Shown: positions 15,668-24,344 of the stretch, one piece after another
How positions within the stretch are numbered: position 1 is the stretch's first letter
Layout: each line of letters starts with the position of its first letter
NCBI GenBank assembly: GCA_035758935.1
Contig: DASTVU010000672.1
Span: 1-35,112, forward strand
DNA: 35,112 nucleotides
From: Pyrinomonadaceae bacterium
GTDB taxonomy: Bacteria > Acidobacteriota > Blastocatellia > Pyrinomonadales > Pyrinomonadaceae
Direction of reading: 5' to 3'
Program-made: the position numbers and the translations under genes
Notes under the pieces: model-generated
Seen by the model: only the letters and a program-made list of their open reading frames with translations
Told to the model about the DNA's origin: nothing
The model's database searches: none

Positions 15668-17167
15668 TTACGAGTTGGCTTTCAAGGTTAAATAAATTAC
15701 TGCGTTTCGTCTCTTCACTAGAACGAGAGCCGGCTTCGCACCGGACCTTTGAATCGCAGCGCTGAACTCCGCAACCGTTTTTACGGGTTGACGATTGACT
15801 TCCTGAATCAAATCGCCCTGCCGTATGCCTGCGTTGGCTGCGCTGCCGGAAGGATCGACTCGCGTAACCAGCAACCCCTCGTCGTTGGCGTCGAGCCCAT
15901 ACCGCGAACCTGTCTCGGCCGTGAGCGGCTGGACCGTTATTCCGAACTTACCGGTGCCAACGCCGGAGCTATTAGCGCTCTCGTCGTCGTCGCTTTCCGG
16001 CTGTGCGCGATCGGGAAGTTCAGCAAGCGCGACCTGGAAATTCTGATCGCGACCGTTACGCAGCGCCGTAACTTCCACGCTCGATCCCGGAGGCATGCTG
16101 GCAACGATGTTTCGCAGGTTGTTGTTGTCAGCCACTGGCTGCTTGTTGACCGCCGTGATCACGTCGCCGCGTTTGAGGCCTGCCTTGTCAGCCGGACCAC
16201 CACTGTTGACTGAAGTAACAATCGCTCCGCGCGCACTTGGCAGGTTCAAGCTCTGCGCCAGATCCGAGTCAACCGACTGGATTGTCACGCCAAGCATTCC
16301 GCGCCGCACTTTGCCAGTCTTCATTAACTGGTCCATCACGGCCTTCGCCATATTCGACGGAATCGCAAAACCGATACCGATGTTGCCGCCGGACGGCGAG
16401 AGAATCTGGGAATTGACTCCGATTAACTCTCCGCTGGTGTTCACGAGGGCGCCACCCGAATTACCGCGGTTGATGGCAGCGTCAGTCTGCAGAAAGTCTT
16501 CGAAACTGCCGTCACTCAAACCCGTCGCGCGACCCTTCGCACTCACGATGCCCGAGGTTACCGTTTGACCGATACCGAGCGGATTGCCGACCGCGAGAAC
16601 AAAGTCGCCGACGCGAACCTTGTCAGAATCTCCCAGCGACAGTGTCGGCAGGTCTTTCGCGTCCACCTTCAGCACGGCGAGATCGCTCGGCGGATCGGAA
16701 CCGACCAGCTTTGCCGTGAAAGTACGATTGTCGGTTAGTTCTACTTTGATCTCGAGAGCTCCATCGACCACGTGATGGTTTGTCAGAATGTAGCCCTCAG
16801 AATTGACGATGACTCCGGAACCGACACCCTGAACTCTCTGCGGCGGCTGCTGTTGCTGCGGCATCCGATCGCCAAAAAATTCCCGGAAAGTCGGGTCGTC
16901 CATGAAAGGAAACTGCTGCGCTGCTCGTGCGCGCTCGGTTGAACGAATTGTCACGACCGCGGGCGAAACCCGGCTCACCAGGTCGGCATAAGACGTCTGC
17001 ATTCCCGCCACGCTGGCAACCGGCGCCGGCTGCGCTGGTTGGGCGGAAGTCAGATTCATCAATTTGTTCTGTCCACTGCACGAAGCAAATGAAAAAACCA
17101 CCAGAACTAAGCTTAAAATCATGTTTGCGCGCGAAAGCGCTCCTCGATAAATCTTCACGTCTCTCAT
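15668..17167 (-). CDS. DegP/HtrA (Do family) periplasmic serine endoprotease with two PDZ domains
   Basis: Catalytic contexts ILTNHHVV, D..AVLKV, GNSGGALV. Two PDZ-like segments (GAIVTSV..GLKRGDVI and GLLVTRV..GIRQGDLI). Alternative start at M16 (17122) precedes a lipobox-like FASC. Confidence 0.9.
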   Translation of the reverse strand: MRDVKIYRGALSRANMILSLVLVVFSFASCSGQNKLMNLTSAQPAQPAPVASVAGMQTSYADLVSRVSPAVVTIRSTERARAAQQFPFMDDPTFREFFGDRMPQQQQPPQRVQGVGSGVIVNSEGYILTNHHVVDGALEIKVELTDNRTFTAKLVGSDPPSDLAVLKVDAKDLPTLSLGDSDKVRVGDFVLAVGNPLGIGQTVTSGIVSAKGRATGLSDGSFEDFLQTDAAINRGNSGGALVNTSGELIGVNSQILSPSGGNIGIGFAIPSNMAKAVMDQLMKTGKVRRGMLGVTIQSVDSDLAQSLNLPSARGAIVTSVNSGGPADKAGLKRGDVITAVNKQPVADNNNLRNIVASMPPGSSVEVTALRNGRDQNFQVALAELPDRAQPESDDDESANSSGVGTGKFGITVQPLTAETGSRYGLDANDEGLLVTRVDPSGSAANAGIRQGDLIQEVNRQPVKTVAEFSAAIQRSGAKPALVLVKRRNAVIYLTLKANS

Positions 17168-17279
17168 CTCTAAATCTCCACTTGAGTATGCAAAAAATAC
17201 AGACCTTATGATTCAGCGAACCCCGATTCCGTTTACCAGACTGAATATACGTACAAAACCGGGAGGATCCGTTGCCTGA

Positions 17280-17308
17280 TTTTGTGCTTTTTTGTGCCTC
17301 TTTGCGCC
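17280..17308. repeat. Solo arm of the GCACAAA-type repeat (ttttgtgcttttttgtgcctctttgcgcc)
   Basis: Matches the right-arm consensus tttgtgc-tttttgtgcc. No partner arm nearby. Confidence 0.55.
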
Positions 17309-17465
17309 TTTCAATGGTGTGATATACTGCGCCCGTTCAAACGCCTGTAAATCCTTTGTATCTGTTATTCAAAAGGAATTGCCGACAGTCCTTTAATTCA
17401 CAACCTGTACGCCGTTCGCCCCCGGTTCTTCCAACCAAAACACGGCAGTCTGAGGTAAAGCCCTG

Positions 17466-19688
17466 GTGCATGGGATAGATTCCAACGGCCACGAGGAAAA
17501 TTCCGTTCTGATCGTCAACGATGAGCCAGACCAGCTCACCCTGATGGGAAGTCTGTTGCGAAAGGCCGGTTATGCGGTTCTTACCGCTGAAGACGGACTT
17601 GAGGGTCTGACTCTCGCCAGACGAGAACGGCCCGATCTGGTTATCAGTGACGTTTCGATGCCGCGAATGAACGGCCTGGCATTCTGCCGCGAGATTCGCG
17701 CCGACCTGGAATTAAAAACTGTCCCGATTCTGCTCGTCACAGCCCTTCAGAAAGACACCGAAAGCGCGGTGGCTGGTCTGCAAGCCGGCGCTGACGACTA
17801 TCTCGAATTCCCTTTTGATTCGGCTCGCCTCGTCGCCAAAGTCTCGCGCCTGCTCGAGCGTTCTCGTCTCGAGGCCAGTTATCGAGACCTCGTCGAGCAG
17901 GCCAGTGACATGATCTTTACGCAGGATCTGGCAGGCAGACTGACGAGCATCAACCTCGCCGCGCAGAAGTTTCTGGGTCGCAAACCTGAAGAGATCATCG
18001 GCAACTCTTTCTTCTCCGTCTTTGGAGTGATTCCAGAAAGTAATGGTTTTGGCGGCAGTCTCGGACGTTCACAGGAAGCGGACGAGTTCCGCCACCAGTT
18101 TGTCGCACGCTCGTCCGGAGGCGACGATCGTTGGCTCGATCTCATTGTTTCGCCTATCAAAGACAAGCTGAACGAAACAATCGGTTTTCGTGGACTTGCG
18201 CGCGACGTCACCGAGCGCAAACGTTTCGAAGAAGCACTGCGCGACTCCGAGGAACGCTACCGGCTTCTCTTTGAATCGACGCCGCAACCAATCTGGGTCT
18301 ACAACGAAGACACACTCTCGTTCCTCGCCGTCAACGAAGCTGCAACTCGGACCTATGGCTACTCCCGCGACGAGTTTCTCTCCATGACGATCGACGACAT
18401 TCGTCCTTCTGAAGATATTCCCACCCTCATGATCAAAAACGATCCGAACGACCTCGTCATCTCGAGTCCATGGCGCCATTGCACCCGAACGGGAGCGACG
18501 CTCTATGTCGAGATGAGCTCGCACCCGGTCGTCTTTGACGGGAAGAACAGCAGGCTGGTAATCGTCAACGATGTCACTGAACGCAAACTTCTCGACGAGA
18601 AGCAGCAGCGCCTGCATGCCTCGTTGCAGCAGTCGGCAATGGAATGGCGGCAGACGTTCAACGCCATCGATTTTCCAGTGTTAATTGTGGATCTGTGGGG
18701 AACTATCAAGCGTTCGAATCAGGCCGCCGAGCAGATCGTGGGCGTCAGTGCGGAACAGATTCTGGGGAAAACTGTGAGCGAGCTTGGTGAAAACGAGCCC
18801 TGGAAAAAGGCTGTCGCGTTGATCGAAAACATACGCCAAAACCCGGCTCCTGCGGCTGAAGAAGTTAAATGCGCCATCACCGGAAAGACGTGGACCATCA
18901 CTCTTTATCACGTCAACGAATTCGGCTCCGCCGGCGAACGAGCAATCCTGATCGCACAGGACATAACAAAACGCGCCGAGCTCGAAGCGTCACTGCGACA
19001 AAGCGAGATGATGTCGCTACTCGGATCCCTCGTCGCCGGCGTTGCACACGAAGTCAGGAATCCTCTCTTCGGGATCTCATCGATACTCGATGCGTTTGAA
19101 ACGAGATTCAGTGACCGGACGGAGTATTTGCGCTATACAAATGTACTGCGCGACGAGATCGGGCGTCTCACCATTTTGATGGAAGAGTTGTTAGAGTATG
19201 GCAAGCCGTTTCGAGGCGAACTGTACCTGGTCTCAATGGAAGAGATGGTTGCACGGTCGGTTCGGGCCTGCATGCCCGCAGCGGAAGTGGCCCACGTAAA
19301 TCTGGTAAGCAAAGTGGAAGACTCTTTACCAAAGATCCGGATCGATCGCCGCAGGCTTTCAAAAGTTTTCGTAAACCTGATCGAGAACGCGATTCAGCAT
19401 TCACCGCAGAAGAGCACGGTCACCATCGAAGCGCACAGCATCAACGATGGAAATCACGAGTGGGTCGAGTGTGCAATCAGGGATAGTGGAGCCGGAATTC
19501 TGCCCGAAGATATGCCAAAGATTTTCGAGCCATTCTTTTCGAAACGACGCGGCGGCACCGGACTTGGGTTAGCGATTGCCCAACGAATCATGCAGGAACA
19601 TGGCGCAAAACTCATTGCCGGCAATAATCCCGAAGGTGGGGCCTGTATGATAGCGAGATTCCCAATACCAGTTGAGGGAGACGCTTAA
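17466..19688 (+). CDS. Hybrid sensor kinase: N-terminal receiver, about three PAS domains, HisKA and HATPase
   Basis: GTG start. Receiver (VLIVNDEPD..LVISDVSMP..). PAS-like blocks (SDMIFTQDLAGRLT, QPIWVYNEDTLSFLAVN, DFPVLIVDLWGTI). H-box VAGVAHEVRNPL, N box LIENAIQHS, G boxes RDSGAGI and GGTGLGLAI. No TM segment. Confidence 0.9.
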   Translation: MHGIDSNGHEENSVLIVNDEPDQLTLMGSLLRKAGYAVLTAEDGLEGLTLARRERPDLVISDVSMPRMNGLAFCREIRADLELKTVPILLVTALQKDTESAVAGLQAGADDYLEFPFDSARLVAKVSRLLERSRLEASYRDLVEQASDMIFTQDLAGRLTSINLAAQKFLGRKPEEIIGNSFFSVFGVIPESNGFGGSLGRSQEADEFRHQFVARSSGGDDRWLDLIVSPIKDKLNETIGFRGLARDVTERKRFEEALRDSEERYRLLFESTPQPIWVYNEDTLSFLAVNEAATRTYGYSRDEFLSMTIDDIRPSEDIPTLMIKNDPNDLVISSPWRHCTRTGATLYVEMSSHPVVFDGKNSRLVIVNDVTERKLLDEKQQRLHASLQQSAMEWRQTFNAIDFPVLIVDLWGTIKRSNQAAEQIVGVSAEQILGKTVSELGENEPWKKAVALIENIRQNPAPAAEEVKCAITGKTWTITLYHVNEFGSAGERAILIAQDITKRAELEASLRQSEMMSLLGSLVAGVAHEVRNPLFGISSILDAFETRFSDRTEYLRYTNVLRDEIGRLTILMEELLEYGKPFRGELYLVSMEEMVARSVRACMPAAEVAHVNLVSKVEDSLPKIRIDRRRLSKVFVNLIENAIQHSPQKSTVTIEAHSINDGNHEWVECAIRDSGAGILPEDMPKIFEPFFSKRRGGTGLGLAIAQRIMQEHGAKLIAGNNPEGGACMIARFPIPVEGDA

Positions 19689-21040
19689 TGGCCAGGAATA
19701 AGGTACTGGTTGTTGATGATGAATCCGGAGTGAGATTTGGTATCCGTGACTTCCTCGAGCAGCACGGATACGAAATCGAAGAAGCGGACAGCTGCCAGGA
19801 CGCGCAGAATCTCTTTCGCAATTCGAGACCCGACATCGTCATCGCCGACTACATGATGCCGGACGGCACCGCCCTCGATCTCCTGCCAAAATTGAGAGAG
19901 ATCGACGCCGGAATTCCTTTACTGGTCCTAACGGCTCATGGCTCAATCGATCTTGCCGTCAGAGCGATAAAAGAGGGCGCAGAACAATTTCTAACCAAGC
20001 CACTCGAGTTGCCGACGCTTCTCGTAATCCTGCAAAGACTGCTGCAAAAACAGCGCAACTACCACAAGCAACTGGCCAGCAAATCGCGCCAGGTTCGCCA
20101 GGCCATCGATCCATTCATCGGCACAAGTGCCGCCATTCGCGCGCTCGCTGATCAGGCGAAAAAAATTCTTTCGACTGAGAGTCCGGTCCTGATTCTGGGT
20201 GAAACCGGAACTGGAAAAGGCGTGCTGGCCCGCTGGCTACACGAGAATAGCCCGCGCGCCGACGAAGCTTTCGTCGATCTCAATTGTGCTGGTCTAACCC
20301 GGGAACTTCTCGAGACGGAGCTCTTCGGTCATGAAAAGGGAGCCTTCACGAGTGCGACTGCCTCCAAGCAAGGTCTCTTTGAAGTGGCCCATCGCGGCAC
20401 CATCTTTCTCGACGAAGTTGGTGACGTGGACCTTCAGATTCAACCCAAGCTGTTGAAAGTTCTGGAGGAGAAACGCTTCAGACGATTGGGCGACGTGAGA
20501 GACCGTCAGGTGGATGTACGACTTATTGCAGCCACTCATCAGGATCTCGGACAGCTCGTGCGGGAGAAGCGATTTCGCGACGACCTCTATTTTCGTATCA
20601 GCACGATTCCTCTGTCGTTTCCATCTCTGCGAGATCGAATCGAAGATATACCAACGTTGGCCCAATACCTGCTCGATAAAGTTGCCGCCGACTTGGGTCG
20701 TGGCGAATTAAGATTGGACCAGGGCTGTATGCAGGCGCTTCAGGCTTACTCATGGCCCGGCAATATTCGCGAACTGCGTAACGTTATAGAACGAGCTGTG
20801 TTGCTCAGTGACCAAAAACATATCACGCTTAACGATCTTCACTTCGATGGTCATGCACAGGTTGGCGCTCCTTTTCTCGACTCACGTCTCACGCTTCTGG
20901 AACTCGAAAAGCAACACATCGAGCGGGTGCTGCAGGAGGAGAAGGGCCGCGTTGAGAAGGCAGCTAAACGTCTCGGCATTCCGAGAAGCTCGCTTTATCA
21001 GAAGATAAAGAAGCATCAGATCCTCCCGTCCAAAGTCTAG
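19688..21040 (+). CDS. Sigma-54-dependent NtrC-family response regulator (REC, AAA+, Fis-type HTH)
   Basis: The ATG overlaps the kinase stop (TAATG). Walker A GETGTGKG, GAFTSA loop (GAFTGA variant), RFRDDLYFR, WPGNIRELRN. C-terminal HTH AAKRLGIPRSSLYQKIKK. Confidence 0.92.
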   Translation: MARNKVLVVDDESGVRFGIRDFLEQHGYEIEEADSCQDAQNLFRNSRPDIVIADYMMPDGTALDLLPKLREIDAGIPLLVLTAHGSIDLAVRAIKEGAEQFLTKPLELPTLLVILQRLLQKQRNYHKQLASKSRQVRQAIDPFIGTSAAIRALADQAKKILSTESPVLILGETGTGKGVLARWLHENSPRADEAFVDLNCAGLTRELLETELFGHEKGAFTSATASKQGLFEVAHRGTIFLDEVGDVDLQIQPKLLKVLEEKRFRRLGDVRDRQVDVRLIAATHQDLGQLVREKRFRDDLYFRISTIPLSFPSLRDRIEDIPTLAQYLLDKVAADLGRGELRLDQGCMQALQAYSWPGNIRELRNVIERAVLLSDQKHITLNDLHFDGHAQVGAPFLDSRLTLLELEKQHIERVLQEEKGRVEKAAKRLGIPRSSLYQKIKKHQILPSKV

Positions 21041-21062
21041 ACTACACGTCTGAGTTCTAGAC
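21035..21062 (+). promoter_or_regulatory. Candidate enhancer (UAS): two TCTAGAC sites 20 bp apart
   Basis: GTCTAGAC (21035..21042, a perfect palindrome overlapping the activator stop codon) and TTCTAGAC (21055..21062). About 75-100 bp upstream of the -24/-12 candidate. Confidence 0.35.
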
Positions 21063-21135
21063 ATTCCTGTTTGGGCCAACTCACACACCTCAGAAAATTC
21101 CGAACTTTTGCTCTATTAGCACTTTCTGATAGTTA

Positions 21136-21151
21136 CGGCGCAGATTTTGCT
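21136..21151 (+). promoter_or_regulatory. Candidate sigma-54 (-24/-12) promoter
   Basis: CGGCGCAGATTTTGCT against consensus TGGCACG-N4-TTGCW. GG and GC have correct spacing and TTGCT is intact; mismatches at 3 less critical positions. 175 nt upstream of PEP-CTERM gene 1. Confidence 0.45.
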
Positions 21152-21325
21152 AAGGAAAGTGACAAGTGCCAGACATACGTATGTTCTCGGGTAGTTCTCC
21201 GAGCCATTTTGGCTGACCTCATCAGAGCCGCAGTTGCCCTGCGTCGCTTTGTTGATGTCAGCCCTCCCACAGATTCTGCGTTTATAGGCTTCCGTTCGGA
21301 AGTCGGTACAAGGAGGCGGTTAAAA

Positions 21326-21982
21326 ATGTCCCGATTTGGTTCTATGAAAAATTTCGTGCTTGCGTTGGCGGTGTTCGCCGTTATCGGCGTCGTAGCCGGC
21401 ACGGCAAAAGCCGATATAGTTGTTGTTACAGGAGTCAATAACCAGGGCACGGACAATGTCCTGCTCAACCCTGCTACCAACGTGCTCACCGTAACCGGTA
21501 CGGTCGGCCAAAATAATCTACTAGTCAATTTTACTTCCACCAGCGGCAGCGGGCTGCTCAATGCTAATCCGTCGGGCCAGGCTACGGTAAGCGGAGGTAC
21601 TGGTAACGATCCGTTAAACCAACTGACCTTTAGCCTAGCCAACAACGGCACGTTCACTCGCGCAGTCTTCAACATTAATGCTGCAGTAAACGGTACGGTC
21701 ACGCTGACAGTGACAGGAATAAACATCACCGGCGGCACGTTTGTCGACACGTTTCAGGTGGACGCTAATGGTCAAAATTTCTTTACCGTAACGGCCATAA
21801 ACGGTCAGTTAATTCAGACCATTAGTCTCAATGGCGTAGCGATGGAAGACGTTAGACAGGTTCGACTTGGTGGTGGCGAGATTCAGCAAACTATTCCAGA
21901 ACCGGCCAGCATGTTCTTGCTGGGAACTGGTCTTCTCGGAGCAGCAGCTGGTTTCCGAAAGCGGTTTGGCAAAAAGAGTTAG
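21326..21982 (+). CDS. PEP-CTERM sorting domain protein 1
   Basis: ORF 21071..21982 trimmed to ATG 21326 (AGGAGG 9 nt upstream). Signal peptide MSRFGSMKNFVLALAVFAVIGVVAGTAKA. T/N/G/V-rich core. C-terminal IPEPASMFLLGTGLLGAAAGFRKRF. Confidence 0.9.
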   Translation: MSRFGSMKNFVLALAVFAVIGVVAGTAKADIVVVTGVNNQGTDNVLLNPATNVLTVTGTVGQNNLLVNFTSTSGSGLLNANPSGQATVSGGTGNDPLNQLTFSLANNGTFTRAVFNINAAVNGTVTLTVTGINITGGTFVDTFQVDANGQNFFTVTAINGQLIQTISLNGVAMEDVRQVRLGGGEIQQTIPEPASMFLLGTGLLGAAAGFRKRFGKKS

Positions 21983-22037
21983 GCTGAAACTCGGTTGAGT
22001 CTCCGCCTGGCAATCAAGCGAGTGTCCTGTGTGTAAC

Positions 22038-22058
22038 TCCCTCGCCCCGACCGAGGGA
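22038..22058 (+). terminator. Possible terminator hairpin after PEP-CTERM gene 1
   Basis: tccctcg ccccgac cgaggga followed by atttctct. 7-bp stem with a weak U tract. Confidence 0.4.
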
Positions 22059-22186
22059 ATTTCTCTGGCCGGTATGTTGAGCGTGCATTGCCCCGCTTCG
22101 CTCGCCAATCCCAGGCCTTCTTACTTTGTTTTGCTTCCAGGGCTGCGGCCTGGGAGCAACGTAAAATTGTCCTCGAGGAGACTTAA

Positions 22187-22912
22187 ATGCCCAGGTTTTC
22201 GAACCTCAAGAATGCTGTGCTGGCCCTGGCGGTCTTCGGCATCATCGCGCTTGCCAACGGAAGCGCAAAAGCCGACCCCATCTCTGTTTGTACCGGACCC
22301 GGGTGCAGCACAACCAACGTGACAGGTTCAATTGTCGCAGGCAATGGAACCGTTACCATAACCCTTAACAACAACCTGACCAACAGCCAGGTGGTCAGTG
22401 TTATTCAAAATATCAGTGGTGTCTATTTCCAGGTGAGTGGTTACAACGGCGGCGCCGTTTCGCTCTCGGGAAGCAACAGCACGCAATCCACCAATATCGA
22501 CAATGCTGGAAACGCAGTTCTCGCTGGTGCAGTGAACCCAACAGGTTGGGCCGCTGGACATAGTGGTTCGACCATCACGGCTTGTGTGGTATGCGCCTTT
22601 GGCGTAGGTCCAACGGCAGGTCCAGAGCAGACGATTATTGGCGGTACCGGAAGCGGTGCGTACGCGAATGCGAACGGCAGTATTGCGGGTAATAATCCGC
22701 ACAACCCGTTTCTTGCTGGAACCGTGACATTCACTGTCGTAGTTCCGGGAGTGACCGTCAACTCGACATTTTCAAATGTTGTGATCCAATTCGGCACAAC
22801 TGCGACTCCTCCGCAAACTCAGCAAGTTCCCGAACCTGCCAGCATGTTTCTGCTGGGCACGGGTCTTCTCGGAGCTGCGGCTGGTTTCCGCCGGCGTTTT
22901 CTTAAGAAATAG
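22187..22912 (+). CDS. PEP-CTERM sorting domain protein 2
   Basis: GAGGAG SD. Signal peptide MPRFSNLKNAVLALAVFGIIALANGSAKA, paralogous to gene 1. C-terminal VPEPASMFLLGTGLLGAAAGFRRRF. Confidence 0.9.
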   Translation: MPRFSNLKNAVLALAVFGIIALANGSAKADPISVCTGPGCSTTNVTGSIVAGNGTVTITLNNNLTNSQVVSVIQNISGVYFQVSGYNGGAVSLSGSNSTQSTNIDNAGNAVLAGAVNPTGWAAGHSGSTITACVVCAFGVGPTAGPEQTIIGGTGSGAYANANGSIAGNNPHNPFLAGTVTFTVVVPGVTVNSTFSNVVIQFGTTATPPQTQQVPEPASMFLLGTGLLGAAAGFRRRFLKK

Positions 22913-22932
22913 CTGAATCCTTTCGGGTTCAG
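22913..22932 (+). terminator. Possible terminator hairpin directly after PEP-CTERM gene 2
   Basis: ctgaatcc tttc gggttcag. 8-bp stem with one G-U pair, followed by ttatg. Confidence 0.4.
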
Positions 22933-22947
22933 TTATGCGGATGAAAT

Positions 22948-22988
22948 GTGTTTCCACATCTGCTTTGCCACCGCAGATGTGGAAACAC
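22948..22988. repeat. Perfect 16-bp inverted repeat (CCACATCTGC type)
   Basis: gtgtttccacatctgc tttgccacc gcagatgtggaaacac. The ccaca-tctg core resembles the CACAGAT family. Confidence 0.8.
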
Positions 22989-23080
22989 GGGTCCTTCAAC
23001 CCGGGTGCTATTACGCGAGTTCGCTCTTTAATACTTGCGAATAAGAATTGATCAACCGATCAAAGAGGGGGAACTAACCT

Positions 23081-23692
23081 ATGAGCAGTCTACTTAAGAC
23101 TACTTTGATGGGCGTCCTGCTAACAGTGATGTTGGGCCTCGCGGCCGCTGAAACAAAAGCGGATCCGGTGACCTTCAGCACCACAGGCGTCTTTAGCGTG
23201 ACTGGAACTAACGTCGTTGCCTTCACAAATATCCAAGGAACAACGACTATTACGTTTAATGGCACAACGAATCCGGTGAACACACCCGCAGGCACCAGTT
23301 TTGGCGACCTCGTCGTGACCACCACTGTGCCGGCAAACCTGCTGGGCCCAGCAATCGGCGGGAATTTCACCCTGAATTTCGTTCAGGTTGCACCGCCGGG
23401 CGCGGGTAGTTTAATTGGAACGCTTGATGGCACTCTTGGTTTCAATCAAGGTATTGCCACATTAACTTTCAATACCACATCAATCAACATCGCAGGTTTC
23501 ACCTACACCGTTAACCCGATCTATACGATTGCGTTGCCGGTCACGGGTGTAGGCGGCGGCGCCGGAACAGGAACCACGACCATTCAGGGTACTGTTGTTG
23601 GCAGCGCCGTTCCGGAGCCGACCAGCATGTTCCTGCTAGGCACGGGCTTGCTTGGTGTTGCGGGTGCGGTAAGAAGGCGTTTCAAACGCTAG
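23081..23692 (+). CDS. PEP-CTERM sorting domain protein 3
   Basis: AGAGGGGGA SD. Signal peptide MSSLLKTTLMGVLLTVMLGLAAAETKA. C-terminal VPEPTSMFLLGTGLLGVAGAVRRRF. Confidence 0.9.
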   Translation: MSSLLKTTLMGVLLTVMLGLAAAETKADPVTFSTTGVFSVTGTNVVAFTNIQGTTTITFNGTTNPVNTPAGTSFGDLVVTTTVPANLLGPAIGGNFTLNFVQVAPPGAGSLIGTLDGTLGFNQGIATLTFNTTSINIAGFTYTVNPIYTIALPVTGVGGGAGTGTTTIQGTVVGSAVPEPTSMFLLGTGLLGVAGAVRRRFKR

Positions 23693-23797
23693 TAGCGAAT
23701 CGATTCGATCCTCATTCAGTCGCGGAGTGAGGGTGGACCTAAATTTGCCAACGGTGAATTTTGTGCGGTCCCGTGGTCAAAGAGGGAGTCTGTGTGC

Positions 23798-24010
23798 ATG
23801 TACGATGAACCAATGATTCTTCCCCTGGATGCCAACGGCCGGATCTATGCGCTACAGGACGAAAAGGGAAATACAATCGGGACGGGCACTCGTGAGGTTT
23901 GTGAGGTTTTACTTTACATCATCACGAAGGCCGCTTCGCCCAGCAGTGCAGGGCTTGCAAATGGTTCGCTCAGGCAGCGCTCAAATGTGCGGGCTGCTAT
24001 TACTATCTAG
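23798..24010 (+). CDS. Small hypothetical protein (70 aa)
   Basis: ORF 23792..24010. ATG 23798 lies about 10 nt after AGAGGGAG. No family recognised; coding status is unproven. Confidence 0.35.
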   Translation: MYDEPMILPLDANGRIYALQDEKGNTIGTGTREVCEVLLYIITKAASPSSAGLANGSLRQRSNVRAAITI

Positions 24011-24021
24011 CTTTCGGGTCG

Positions 24022-24098
24022 GGCAACGGCAGCTTCAAGGCTACTGAAGTTGCCGTTGTCATGACTCATCGTTTCTGTGCGGAGTCTAACGATGAGTG
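24022..24098 (+). terminator. Two consecutive strong hairpins (possible terminator or structured element)
   Basis: gggcaacggcagcttca aggctac tgaagttgccgttgtc (24022..24061), then actcatcgtt tctgtgcggagtct aacgatgagt (24065..24098, 10-bp perfect stem). No clear U tract. Confidence 0.35.
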
Positions 24099-24344
24099 CA
24101 ACGAGAGCCAAACCCTCGCAAGACAAAGCTTCATCTCCTACGGAATTTTTCCGGCATTCTTGGTCGCCTCTTGGATACGCGTTGGCGATGAACAGTGATC
24201 TTGCCGTTGAGGCAGTGTTTTGAATTCTGCCTGAACAAGGGGTGATTGGTAGCGTATAAATTGAGTGAATTTTGTTCCTTTGGTGTGCCCGTGAAGCAGA
24301 ATCGATTTGGAACCCTTAAGAAAGTCTCCGGTAGATTGAGACAA

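Noticed and set aside
22066-22081. Sigma-54 promoters upstream of PEP-CTERM genes 2 and 3
   Set aside because: - The best candidate, TGGCCGGTATGTTGAG, has GA instead of the essential GC at -12.
- The candidate near 22997..23011 (GGGTGCTATTACGCG) has ACGC instead of TTGC.
- Neither is convincing.
24138-24344. Minus-strand ORF 24138..24344 (68 aa) upstream of the stand-alone receiver
   Set aside because: No initiation signal and no recognisable motif. It occupies the probable promoter/5' UTR of the receiver gene.
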